A stretch of DNA of 64,000 nt, from NCBI RefSeq assembly GCF_018977255.1, contig NW_024704742.1:27034001-27098000 (forward strand), given 5' to 3'. Under the pieces are notes generated by a model. That model worked only from the letters and a program-made list of their open reading frames with translations, did not search any database and was not told where the DNA came from. The position numbers and the translations under genes were made by a program. This stretch comes from Callorhinchus milii (taxonomy: Eukaryota). Of the stretch, positions 1 through 12,902 are shown one piece after another. Position 1 is the first letter of the stretch; each line of letters starts with the position of its first letter.

Positions 1-305
1 GCTTGCCAGACGGCAATATCAATGGCAAGCTATACGGTTTTAGCTGGTTAAACTCCAGCAGTATCCCAACGAACACTCTGGGGTCCCCAAGCCTTGGCTC
101 TGGCCAACCTGAGCCTAATACTTTCCGGAAAATTAGGTAAGCAGAATGCGTCCCTCCAGGGAGAGAGTGCACATTCCATTCCAACAATCTTATCTGTGGA
201 ATTTCTATGCGTTGGTGGGATGCGTGGAAATCTGAGCTTGGTTTAGATACTCTTAAGCACGGTGATAGGTTTCCGCATGCGCCAGGCGCCTGGTTGACCA
301 GAACA
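1..305 (+). repeat. Unclassified interspersed repeat, 3' part (other copies about 17428-17810, 28135-28465 (-), 41021-41510, 45150-45610, 49950-50390, 50497-50720, 58910-59166)
   Basis: Shared core ggttaaactccagcagta...ggggtccccaa.ccttgg.tct.gccaacctg...aggtaagca...atttccatgtgtaggtgg. Confidence 0.8.
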
Positions 306-477
306 AAGTACAGGAGATAAAGAGAGTTGGTATATGAAAATGGTACCAGTCAATGCACTGCAATGATCCTTCCTCGTCCTGGGCATTCCTATATTGCTAA
401 ATGCAGGAGACTGTGATCATTACCTCGGCTGTGAATAGTACACACATTCACGCTCTCGGGTCTCTTTATCCTTGTAG

Positions 478-668
478 ATTTATGGATGAGACGGACAAAG
501 GTGTAGTGTTTGTCAGACCCAGGAAGTATATCCACTCTTCGGGATCGGAACCTCCGGAGCTGGGATACGTAGACATCCGTACTCTGGCAGACAACGTGTG
601 TCGTTATGACCTGGATGATATGGACGTAGCCTGGCTCGATCTGCTGAACGAAGAATTGAAGCTAATGG
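478..668 (+). CDS. JADE1: JADE1 coding exon (first in window; EPC-N/EPL1 region)
   Basis: cttgtag|A acceptor, G|gtatgt donor; encodes [64 protein letters not shown], matching the JADE1 N-terminal region. Confidence 0.93.
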
Positions 669-1260
669 GTATGTTTGCACTGAAGGTGAATGAGAATTCT
701 CACACCACTAGCTGGATTTTAGGAAAGTTCCTTCGCTTGAAGGCAGGAGAGAGTCTTGTCCCGTTGATTTAATTGAAATCCAGAGTAAGCAAGTGAGTGA
801 TGTGGCATTATCCTCGGTGGATGGATGAATGAATATCTTGAGTGCCTTTTTGAACGTGCCTTGCCGATGTGACGTTTTTATGGTTGGGAATTTGCTGTTT
901 TAATTATTGCACCGCCACGTTGGCATAAAGTGCGGAGTGCACAGCAGCTGTGATTGAGAGACTTGGTGAGTAAGATTTCCCAATTAGTCGAGCATCAGGA
1001 GCAATTATGTGCTGCCAATGCATTTTTGGGACTGAGAGATTCAAAGTCATTTTGCTGATGGCAAAGAAGGGAAAGAAGACGGAAGCACAGCTCTTCAGCT
1101 CCTGTCAGCGGCATTGGGAAGGGCACCATTTAGAGAAAGTCAAGATTGTGTTCCTGCTCTTTCTCTCAGGAACAATATGTGATGGTTTAATATGTGAATA
1201 TAATATGTGTTTAATATAATATGTGATGGAATAATACGTGAAGGCGAGTGGCTCATTATA

Positions 1261-1424
1261 CAGTAAATCTCACATAAGTCGTATCAGTTGGGACCATGCA
1301 TTTAATATGACTTGTGCAAAGTATGAGTTATGTCAAACTTGCATGGAATATAAACTCTTGAATGGGCTTGGGCAGATGTACAACTTAGGCAAATTTATAC
1401 AGATCAGACTTGTGCAAATTTTAC
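1261..1424. mobile_element. Same MITE family, opposite orientation, right end clipped by an L2 tail
   Basis: Reverse-complement similarity to 35785-35957. Confidence 0.75.
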
Positions 1425-2193
1425 AACAACAACTTTGGTTTATATAGCGCCCTCCACACCGGATGGCGTCTCAGAGCGCTTGTGTGCACTTGTATAATAT
1501 GCGCTATTTGTGAGACACTCCTGTGCACAAATTGACTGCAAAGATCGCCCGTAAAACACACATTAGCTTTACTCAAGAGTATATATGTGAAGCGCTTTGA
1601 GACATCCTCCTGATGTTGAGAAAAGGCACTGTATCAACTGCAAGGATTATTAGTATTATTCTATTGACCAGGGGGGTGATGCATTCTTTGGAAAGTGATT
1701 TCTGATGAATCCAGAAGGGTTGGTGTTACCCCGATCAATTTGGTAGCTGGAAGCTTTTTGGAGGGTAATAGTATTTCCTCAGTCGTTCTGCCACGGTGAC
1801 TGTTGAGAAAGTGCATGGGGAAGGGTGGCTGTGTGTATAGCTGACCTGGGATCACTGAATGATATATTTGGATACCGGGGTGAAGAAGTGTTTCATCTTG
1901 AGAACTGACAGCCATCAGTCTTGATGAGCAAAATTATGCATCAGAAGTTAAAAAAAAATGACAAAAAGAAGCTTATTTACCTTGTTGTCAGTCGATTGGT
2001 GGTTCGCTTTCCAGGGGTAATAATTCCTAAATCTAGTCTTTTGTGGGCGAACCAAATATTGCACAGATTTTACAATGTATTGTGTGAAGCGCTTTGAGAC
2101 GTCTGTATTATTATTATTAATTAATCAACATCTCTTTCAGTGCTTGAACTAAAATATAAGTTTTTCACGCTTAAGACTTTGAGACATGAACTA

Positions 2194-2456
2194 CAGTTAA
2201 CTCCTCATAACTCAACCCTGGATTAATTTGTCACTACCACTTAAGTCATCATATTGTCAATATCCCAGCTGCATTTATTTATGTGTTTATTTATATATAA
2301 TATATGTGTGTGTATGTATATGTGTGTGTATGTGTGTGTGTGTATATATATACAAGTTATCAGGAGTATATATATATATATATCTAACTCGCCACTCCTG
2401 ATAACTTGTCACTGAGCCCTTTTCCATTGAAGTGACGAGTTATCAGGAGTTCACTG
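2194..2456. mobile_element. Tc1/mariner-type MITE containing a (TG)/(TA) microsatellite
   Basis: TA|CAGTTAACTCCTCATAACTC ... GAGTTATCAGGAGTTCACTG|TA. Confidence 0.75.
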
Positions 2457-2920
2457 TAGTTAAGTCAGAATGTCACTGCAGAATCGACCCTGGGCTAAGA
2501 GACTGACAATTAGTTAGACATCTCTGCTGTACATAATATTTTATTAATTGGATCTTGCACCTCACAATGTAAAATACTGACAATTAAACCCACATCTGGA
2601 TCTGGTTCAATATGGTGCAACAAAATAGTGGTACTAGTGTTGTGTATAGTGTAAGAAATCTGTTCCACCTGTATAATCTTTCAGAGTAGAACTCAAAATA
2701 ACACACGTCTCAAAGCAAGTTAGTATTATTAATATTAATCAAACTATTTTGAGCGTCAAAACCCATCTTTCACTTGTAAAGTGGTATCCAGCCAGCTTCA
2801 AGACTGAGTTTTCAGACCCTTTCAATTGTTAATTAAATGGAGGGAGATGTGGGAGGGGAGCATTATTCCGACACGATAGTATTTGACTCGGAGGAATCCT
2901 GCAGGCTGCAGGTTCAAAAA

Positions 2921-3189
2921 CAGTGGAAGCCGCTCAAGCTGGACACATTGGGTTCTGCTGGCCGTTCTGTCCAGTTTAAGCGGCGTCTGAGGTTAACCGA
3001 AGTTCCCCTACCTCTTCCCGCCCAGCAGAGGAGTGACAGTGGTGCCTCCTCCCTCAGAGTGCGGCATTTTGTCCGGATTAACCGGCATATTTAAAATAGG
3101 TAAGAATAAAAATGAATCGGGGCTCGGCATGTTGTCTGATTTATCTGGCGTCCGGGGTTTACCAGCGTCCGGTTTAAGGTGATTCACTG
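2921..3189. mobile_element. Degenerate Tigger-like MITE
   Basis: CAGTGGAAGCCGCTCAAGCTGGACAC ... GCGTCCGGTTTAAGGTGATTCACTG imperfect inverted ends. Confidence 0.5.
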
Positions 3190-3618
3190 CATTAACATAT
3201 TACTAATGATGCTTCAAGCTTAGGAAATGTCAGTTCCAGGTTAGATTGTTAAAAAAATGACCCGGAAACACTGATCGCTCTTGATCATGTATGAGTCACT
3301 CCCATGTTGTGTGTTGTGGCAGTTCAGTGTCATCCTCTTGCTGAACATCGGCCCTCCCTGTTGAGGGAATGTGTGTAGTTGGCACTTTGCAACTGCATTA
3401 ACGTCTCACCTTGAAGCAAACCTGCTCGCCATTTTGGTTGTCGTGAGCTCTTTGTAACTCATTTTCAGGCCCTCTACTAGCAGCCTTGGCTGAATCATGA
3501 CCAGCTTCCTCAGATGCAAAGATGGGTATGGTTAGCAAGTGTCGAATTGCACGCGAGCGTGAATGAACGTAAGACGGGTCAACTATTGACAGAAGATTTT
3601 ATTTATTAAAACCAACAG

Positions 3619-3830
3619 GGATAACAGAATTAGATGAGTTCACCATGGAGAGGGTCATGGAGGAGTTGGAGCGAAGATGTTACGACAACATGAATCATGC
3701 CATTGAGACCGAGGAAGGACTGGGGATTGAATATGATGAAGATGTGGTGTGCGACGTCTGCCAGTCTCCAGATGGCGAGGATGGCAATGAGATGGTTTTC
3801 TGTGACAAGTGCAACATATGTGTTCATCAG
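3619..3830 (+). CDS. JADE1: JADE1 coding exon, start of PHD1
   Basis: ccaacag|GG acceptor, CAG|gtatat donor, 212 bp, phase fits previous exon; [70 protein letters not shown]. Confidence 0.97.
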
Positions 3831-6705
3831 GTATATTCCTGAATTCATCCATTTTACTCAACGAGTTCATTTATTCAGGTGAAAGATGAGCACCTTGACA
3901 TATCACTGTGAAGCACCATGCTCCTTTTTTGTTAAGCTAAGCATGAGAGGATTGCTTTACGTACCAAGGTAACATCTAGTTAACTGCCGGCTTGTGATAT
4001 GATGTATTACAGTTTATACTTGCACTATGTTTCTTTTTAGAAAATGGGTTTTATCATCGCCCACCCCCCCTCCTCCTCCCCAGCTATGGTCATTCTCTGA
4101 TTGACTGGGTGTGATTGATGGTGGTGGGTGGGGGGAGATGGATTTGAAGAGAGAGACTTCTCATTTGACTTCTGTCAAGTTATTAGAGCCATGTAAGTCC
4201 CAGATCTCACAATCCCTTCCAGTGGTATTCCACACATATGCGAAGCTTTGGAACTCTTTCTCCCCCCATTCCCTCTATCTTGCCCCCTCTTTCCCCTCTT
4301 TTAGATCACGACTGAAGACCTTCCTCTTCGACCATGCTTACGGTCACCTCCCCCTTGCTCCCCGGCTTGGCGTCAGGATCCGGCACCGTAAAGCGCTCCG
4401 AGAGGCTGCCGTGCTTGAATGGTGCTGTATAAGTGCAAGTTGAAATGAATGATCATTGAAAGTAAAGTTGTTCCAATTCACCTGATGTCTGAATAGCTCC
4501 GTTTCTAATTACCTCCCCGCCACCCATGTGCGAGGTTGTGGTTTGCATCCCTCAACTTGCCCAAAATTGGGATTGTGTAAGTGTGAAAATCACGGACATC
4601 TGTATTCGTGTTCCCCCCACAGCTCCACAATGTGCTGCTGCATTGGGCTGACACAATACGTTGCATTGGGAAAAAAAATCAAGTCAAGACTCGTTCTATA
4701 AAGATTTTTTTTCCCCGAAACTTTTATCTGAAACCGAGAACGAGAAGCGGGACTTGTTTTGCTTTGGTTTCACAGAGCTGCGTTGAAATCACGCCAAGCA
4801 CATTGAAGTGACGTCATAAGGCGCTATATCAAATGCAAGGCTTCTAAGCATAAAAGTAAAAGGCTTTGCTGCTTTTGAAGTGGTTAAGAGCAGTAGATCT
4901 CAACAATAAACCAACGATATTCACACTAGAAAGAAGCAAATCTGCACTTCGGAATCATTTTGAGTGTGGGCGGCCAAGTAGTATTTGAAGGAATTGTTCT
5001 CTTATAAGCTTTTATTTACCACTGCTGTTGAAGTAGCTCTCTGACTACATTACCACTGTGAGGTTGCTGAAGGTGGAGAAGGTGGGGATATGCCTGTATC
5101 TTAAACAATACTTACTGCCTGTATGTCCAGCAGAGTTACAAGATTTTAGCTCTGATCAGAGCTTGGGCTGTTCCTTCACATTTTCCACACAGCAAGGATG
5201 CCGCCAGAGTGTGTTTAGACCCCACTGAGCTTTAATAGAGCATTGGATACCTCTGAAAGCTCAGATAGTTTATCCAGTAATAATTCAATGAAAATCCATG
5301 AAAATAAACAGTTCAGTAATTTAAATTAAATGTTTGACTTTTTAAAAATAAGTCAATGAAATACACATAAATACATGATACAGAAATGTTAATTTTAAAT
5401 TTAATGCTGATTGTAGTGGGTATGTCTATGGTACATATTTTGATTTTTATTCCATCCAATTTCCAATCTCCTCTCCAATGGTATTTGATTCCTTCGTACC
5501 TTCTACTAGGTCCCTGTCCCAATGGCGACAGTCATTCTGCAAGTACGATTGGTTTAGTGTGACATGCTAACACACTGCTTAACCAGGGCCTCACAGCCAA
5601 GTGCAGTCCTGATCACTGTTCAAACCACATGTGTATCTTCCTTTGTGGGGCTCACTGGTTATCGATCAGGGGCCCTGGCTCGTTTCCCCCCAACTAACCC
5701 AGAGCTGCTGAAGCCAAATGTATTGTTGTATTGCCCCAACTGATACCAACTAATTCAACACCGACCAAGGTTAGAACCTGCAGCCTTCCACTTCCTGTAC
5801 CATAGGGTGCTTTTGCTTTTACTAAATCAGGGAGCTTAAGTGTGGTACACGGTATACGAAAATAATATTTCATAATCTATTTTGATCACTTCAAAATGTC
5901 CATTCACGCTTGATGTGATACAAGTCTATACAAGTACTCTAATGTTTCATTGCTGCATCCTCAGTGTGTTGTTCTGTAATCTCACTGTAGATCAGGTTGG
6001 ACCATCAGGGATTCAAAACACATCATTAGGATTGGAAACAACCCAAGGGCAGGGAAATATGCAGCGGCAGAAGCATAATCCATTGGTTTATTACTAGAAT
6101 GTGATCATTTACCAGATCAGAGACAATGTGGTAACACCAGCTTCCCCGCCCTCCCTCCCTCTCTCTTTTGAGCATAGTGCTCAGAGGTACAGGATGAGAA
6201 AACGCAAACCGATCTCGTTTTATGCCTGTACCATCACAGAAAGAATTCGACAGTATTAACACAATGTGCAAGCAGGCATTAGAGACCTAGGAGATTAAAA
6301 GCAACAAAGTGAGGATGACCTGCAGGTTACACTGCTTGCTAATGTGGTAGCTGTTGCGAAAGATGGTGCAGACAAGCATGTAAGGCTTGCAAAGTCCTTA
6401 ATTGGTTTGCACAATGTATTGGATTACTGCTTGGCAGGAATCCAACGCATTGTGCAGATTTCTATAACTGACTTAGATGCTGTACTGCAGGTTATGTAAC
6501 TAACATGGAGGCTGGTGCTCAGTGGATTTAGTTGTCTCGCTGGTGAAGTATAAATTGCGCCATGTCTTGAGTTTTGGTGATATATTTACTCCTGAAGCCA
6601 ACTGAGCTTTGACTCTTTAAATACTTCACTTTGCATAAGGTGAAAAAAAAACAGGTGAAGCTTAAGATTGAGCTTTTGACCATGATGGTGGTTTGTGATC
6701 CTTAC

Positions 6706-7196
6706 ATGGTCTTGATTTCAAGATCCTCATCCTCACCTACAAGGCCATCACGGCCTTGCTCCCTCCTACCTCTCCAACCTACTATCCCCCTACCTACCTG
6801 CCCGTACCCTCCGTTCCTCTGGCTCCGGTCTACTCCACGTCCCCCGCCCCAACCGCCCTACCATCGGTGATCGGGCCTTCAGCCTCTCAGCCCCCAGGCT
6901 CTGGAACTCTATCCCCCAGTGCCTTCGCCGCCTCCTCCCTTTCCTCCTTCAAGGCCGGTCTCAAAACCTTTCTCTTTGACGGTGCCTTCAGCTCCCCTCT
7001 GACTCTCTTCCCCCTCCTCGCTCCCTCCCTTCCTCCCCTCACCCTGACCATTTCCCCCCTCCTCGCTCCCTCCCCTCCCCTCACCCTGACCATTTCCCCC
7101 CTGCTCGGGTCATGACCCAACTGTGCAGCGCCTTGGGACGTCCTCCTGACGTGAAAGGCGCTTTATAAATGGAATCTTGTTGTTGTTGTCGTTGTT
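6706..7196 (+). mobile_element. L2 LINE 3' fragment, family A (young)
   Basis: ORF2 C-terminal ...SFKAGLKTFLFDGAF, 3' stem-loop, (TTG)n tail; internal tandem duplication near 7010-7100. Confidence 0.88.
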
Positions 7197-8449
7197 GGAG
7201 AAATCGTACTTGGAATATGAGGGCAAATCACTGGATTTCTCACGTCCTGGATCACAGGCTCCAGGGTTTGCAGTCTTTGCTGCTGTTTGGTGGCGGAGGT
7301 AATAGGGGGGGTTGCTGCCGCCAGCAGTCTTTATGTGTATGAATGGTGCCTTTTTGAGCATATTATGCGATTGTCAATTGCATGTGTGCTGGTGGTCACT
7401 GGGAGTGGGTTGTAGCCAGATTCACCTCAGGAGGGGGGCAGTCTGCCAGTTATGAAGCTAAAAAAAACTAGACATCATACGAACCTACAGGATCTCCAGA
7501 AAGACCTGTTAACCTCCCTGCCCCCCCCCCCCCCCCAGCCCCCACCTTTCAGTGCACTGACCAACAACTCAAGCATGTGGAAGAATGACGATAATTAAGA
7601 AGTAATTAATTGCATTCAGTAAAAGTGTTTAACTGTATTTAGATGGTGTGTGAGCACCATTATTTTCATGGCAGATATTGACCGTCGCTGGGTTTGGTGC
7701 GACATCTTCCATAAAATGATGCAATGACGAGACAAAATGCATCTCTGACAGCTTGTTTCAGCTCCCCTGTAGTCTCATATCACTGTTTTGTAAGAGGAGG
7801 TAAGAGGACTTTTTGGACACCCTGTGCATTCGAAATAACATAAGGCACAGGAATCAGGCACTCTCATGCCTATCACTCTCTGTTCACATCCTCCCAAAAT
7901 AGGATCAGGTTCATCTTCACCATCCTTTTAACAAGAAAATAATCAGTAATGTACAAGGAATGTTGAAGGTTAGCAGCCGAGGACTCAATGAAAAGAAGAG
8001 ATTCAACCCAACATGAACAACTTTGTGAAATAAACACATTCGCGTTAAACTGTTATGATGTACAATCTGAATTATTTTCTAATTGAGATTATTTACTGCC
8101 ACGGTTTGCCTATTAACTGTTTGCCAATTTCCATTGTGATTTTGATTGGTGTCAGGTCATTGTGGCCCCATTTCAGATTTCAAGCTTGGAGCTTGTTAAA
8201 AGTCCCGCAGGATGTAGGGTGATGATGTTATCCCATGGGATGGAGGGTGTGGCTATTTCTGGAAGTAAAGATGAATATTTAAAAAATAACCTCGGGCATA
8301 TAAAACACATCATTACTTTTAAAAACTGCTCATTGACAAGGAAATCTCTGTCGATGTGTGATTTAGGAAAATATAAGAGGACGATGCAGCTTTTAAACTG
8401 ATTGTTGATGGATTTCACGTGCTAATTACTATGTATTGTAGTTTAAATA

Positions 8450-8825
8450 AAATCGTTGCTTTCGATGAAGCACCTTTCGTGTCAGGAGGATATCTCAAAA
8501 AGCATTTTGCAGGGTTTACTGTATTTTGCAGACAACGTTCAAACGGCTATGAAGTGAATATGTATTTTATCTACGGATTGTTGGCCAGAACACAGAAAAA
8601 ATCACTTCTCTTTTCGAGTAGTGTTACGGGATCTTTGAAGTCCACCTTGCGTGAAGAGACTTTGGTTTAACGTTTCATCTTTAGGACGGAGCCTCCAGCA
8701 ATGCATCTCATCCCCAGCATTGCATTGGAGTATCAGCATAGACTGTGAGCTCAAACTGGGGCTTGACCTCGCAGCTTTCTGACTCCGAGGGGAGAGTGCT
8801 ACAAACTGTGCCAGGCTGACACCCG
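8450..8825 (-). mobile_element. Degraded Deu-domain SINE (SacSINE1-like)
   Basis: Same head and body as the 48709-49138 copy. Confidence 0.7.
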
Positions 8826-9651
8826 AGGCCATGAATATTAATTAACATGTACTGTGACTGGAAGGCCTTGCATAATTTTCTTTAATGACCTATCTGAATT
8901 CCAAAACTTTTTGGAATGTTTGTTGCATGTCCGGCTGTTTGTACCTCTGTTTGAAATAATGCCAGAGAAAGCGTTTTCCGATAGTGGGAGGAAAACGCTA
9001 GGGGTTACGCTTCACGTTTGGTGGCGAATTGCTTTTATTTTGGCGGCAATTTGCCTTCATTTGTTCAGTGTAACCAACTACACCTCAGCCAGTGTGAATC
9101 ACATTGGACCCCGTGTCTGAGAGCAGATGGCGGAGGTGATTTCAAGAGCAGTTTAATCCTTTGCAATTGTAATGGCGACAGCAGGAACACTTAAACCTTG
9201 GAAAAGGTTGCAGCCTACTTCTAGGATTTTTCATTGATTTCAAAATAGATTGAATCTGGACGCTGATTGGCACCGAGGCTTAATCTGCTCGCAGTCTTCC
9301 ATGTAGATCTAAGGAGTAAATAGAAATCCCATGGGAGGCAGACTTTAAGTGCCATACCATCAGTTGAATTTTGAGTGCATTAGGAGACAGGTATTGAGTT
9401 TTTTCGGGGGGACAAAAAAGACATGCCTTTCGCGTTGCAGTCATCATCTTAGTGTGAGAGGCGTTCCCCGCTGGGTAATATGTAGAAGAAGAACAACACA
9501 CCTTAAACCTTTTAGCGTTTGTGGTAGTGCATCTGCTGAGCTTTCCTGGAGGCTGTGATTAGTAGAAAGGATTTTAAATAGGAGACATCTATCCCCTCCC
9601 TAGTCTGCCCTATTAGTGCAGGAAGTCATTGCACCTTTCTGTTTGTTACAG

Positions 9652-9819
9652 GCTTGTTATGGAATCCTGAAGGTCCCAGAAGGCAGCTGGTTATGTCGGA
9701 CTTGTGCCCTTGGTGTCCAGCCTAAGTGTTTACTTTGCCCCAAGAAGGGTGGGGCTATGAAGCCAACACGAAGCGGAACAAAGTGGGTTCATGTCAGCTG
9801 TGCTTTATGGATCCCAGAG
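9652..9819 (+). CDS. JADE1: JADE1 coding exon, PHD1 end / Zn knuckle
   Basis: ttacag|GCT ... GAG|gtaaga, 168 bp; [56 protein letters not shown]. Confidence 0.97.
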
Positions 9820-10370
9820 GTAAGAAACCCCCACCCCCCACCACCACCAACCCCGCATTCTTCTCTCACATCATTGTTTTCATTGAAATCTGAAGAATGC
9901 AGTTTGTTTGGCAATGCTTTGCCTGCAATGATCGCCTTTACTGTTAAGATTGATCTTCTGATACTAATACTACACGCAAGCAAGCATTTATTAGTTGTAC
10001 AAAGAAAAGGCAAAGCCAGAGTCTTAAATCGAGGACTTGTGAAACCTGGCAGCAGCTGTGTTTCCATCTTGCCATCGACTTGTTATAAGAGTAACAATAA
10101 TCCTTACATTTGGTATAGCGCCTTTTACGTCAGGAGGATGTCTCAAAACACTTCACAGGATATACTTTAAAATACTGCACAGTCACTGTGTGTTTTATGG
10201 GCGAACATATTTGAGCGTTTGGAAATGGTGGAATTTCTGATTCCATTCATTTCACAGAAAAGACTTGTACTATATATTTCTTCATCCTACCACATCCATC
10301 GCCTTGGGGGTTGTGATTGAAACCATAGGGCTTTTTATTAAACTTGTCCTAACTTTTATTTTTAATTTAG

Positions 10371-10487
10371 GTTAGCATCGGCTGCCCAGAGAAGATGGAA
10401 CCCATAACAAAGGTCTCGCACATCCCTACCAGCAGATGGGCTCTGGTTTGCAGCCTGTGTACTGAGAAGACTGGGGCTTGCATACAG
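10371..10487 (+). CDS. JADE1: JADE1 coding exon, PHD2 start
   Basis: atttag|GTT ... CAG|gtttgg, 117 bp; [39 protein letters not shown]. Confidence 0.96.
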
Positions 10488-12362
10488 GTTTGGAACAAAA
10501 TCCATTGCCTAATCTTAAGCATTTTTCAACCAAGTGGGTCACATCAAATAATGTGGCATGTGAATTACACATTGTGCAAATCAATCAACCTCCGTAAACT
10601 AGGGAGTTGCTATATTGCATTATGTTCCGAAGTAAGAAAAAAATAATTGAGTAGCGTGTGATAGCTATCTGGCTGAATTAATTTGGTTTCACACTAGAGG
10701 TAAAGGAACGTTTTCCTAAATATCCAGCATAACAGATATTCTATTGCAGGCCGTACCTGAGTTACATGCAGGTTGTCGCAAACTGATTTGAAATTGTTAA
10801 ATGGAGATAAATAGCTGATGAAACTGAGGATATGCCCCCAGGTTTTTTTTCCTCTTCCACAATTTGAATCAATTCTATTTCTGAAGGTACAGCCCTTTTT
10901 TGGGGGTTGTGTGTACTAAGTGACCTCAACTAAGTGGCTATTTATATTTCCAGTGTGAGCCCAGTCAGGGAAGCTAATGATTCAAAAGAGGTGGACCTCA
11001 CAATTTGCTAGGGTTAACTGGATCGTGATCTGGAGCAAGACTTTGGCTGATTTTTTTTATTTACTCTCCTGTGGATGAGGAAGCCGATTGTATAATAATG
11101 AATTGGTACAGCCTGTGCCAAGTTATTATTATCATTATTATTATTCAATTGGCACACCTCCTTTCCTCCCCCTCCTCTTCTCTCTTGCTCAGTATCTGGC
11201 TCCGTCCACATAAAGCGTTACAAGACATGTGTGAGGACTGAAGGATGCTTTAAAAACACAAGTTGCTGCTGTTGAGTGTAAAGTGAACAGCGGGAATAGC
11301 TGTTAACACTAAGCTTAAGATGGGGAATGAGGATGGGGGATAAATGTAAATAATAATAATCCTTGCATTCAGTATAGCACCTTTCATATCAAGAGGAGTC
11401 ACAGGATATAATAATAATAATCCTTGCATTATATGTACTGTAAAGAGTACGGATCATGCATTTGGTAGGTGAATGCGGCAGCTAATTTGCCTACAGCAGT
11501 GTCCCACAAACAGCTGTGAATTGAATGACCAAATTTTATTTGAGAAAGGGAGGGAAAAGCCCACTGTTTGACATAAATTAGTGATGTGCTGACTAATTAA
11601 ATTGCACAGTAATTGGCTAATACACAAGATAAGGTCAGTAGCCAGTGAGCATGGAAAGAGACTAGGTTTTCTCTAGGGAAAGCCAGTGGACTTTATCTGA
11701 CGCTCGGATCACTGGGTGACTGCGAGCAAAGGAATAGGCACCTGCTTTTTGAATGCTTTTTCCAGGAGAATTCTAACCCCCTCCCACACACGCGCATTTC
11801 ACGGAAAAATGGTACAATATTTGATTTCACCATTAAGATTCAGTCAAAACACTTTACAGTATATCCTGTGAAGCACTTTGAGACGTCCATCCAACGTGAA
11901 AGACTCTATACCAAACCCAATTATTGGGTTCTAAAAGTGTTGATTTCTTAGCAATAATAACTTTCAAAAGGGAATTGGATACTTACTTGAAAAGAAAAAA
12001 AATTGCAAAGCTACGGGGGAATAGCAGAGAACTGGGACTAGTTGGATAGCTCTTTCAAAAGAACTGGCACATGCACAATAGGCCGAATGGCCTCCTCCTG
12101 TGCCGCAGGATTGTATGAATCCCACGAGAATTCCTTCCGACCACGAGGAACTCCACTCCTGATGGAGGTAGCGTCAGAGCGGATGAGCACGATGGCACCT
12201 CTGGTCATAGGAATGAGTCTCCATTGGCGAGCTTTGGATAGATTCCTTGATGTTAAAAAAAAATTCCGTTAGGAATCTTGTGATCTGGACCCTGAATTGG
12301 TGGATCAGCAGCCTATCTCCCCGCACTAACTAACCTCTTCTCCTGTAACCTCCCTCCTGCAG

Positions 12363-12902
12363 TGCTCAGTGAAGAACTGCCGGACGGCCTTCCATGTCAC
12401 CTGCGCCTTCGACAGGGGTCTGGAAATGAAGACCATCCTAGCAGACAACGACGAGGTCAAGTTCAAGTCGTACTGCCCGAAGCATGGGAGCAGGCAGCAG
12501 GCCGTGGAGGAGGGGGCGGAGAGGGGAGGAGACCGAGGCCCCGGATGCATGGCAGAGACTCGGGAGAAGGCGTTGCCGGCAGGGAAGTCCTTGGCCCTGG
12601 ATCAGAGTCAGGAGGAGGAGGAGGAGGCACAGAGGATCGGGGCTCGCAAACAGAAACTACAGCAGCTGGAGGACGAGTTTTACAACTTTGTCAGCGTCTC
12701 CGAGGTTTCCCAGCAGCTAAAGTTCAGCGTGGATCTGGTGGATTTAATTTACCAGTACTGGAAGGTGAAGAGGAAGGACAACTTCAATAAGCCGCTCTTC
12801 ACTCCCAAGAAGGACGAGGAGGACAATTTGGCCAAGCAGGAGCAGGACGTGTTGTACAGGAGGCTGCAGCTCTTCACACACCTCCGGCAGGACCTGGAGA
12901 GG
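12363..12902 (+). CDS. JADE1: JADE1 coding exon, PHD2 end and following helical domain
   Basis: cctgcag|TGC ... AGG|gtgagt, 540 bp; [26 protein letters not shown]...[12 protein letters not shown]...[11 protein letters not shown]. Confidence 0.97.
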
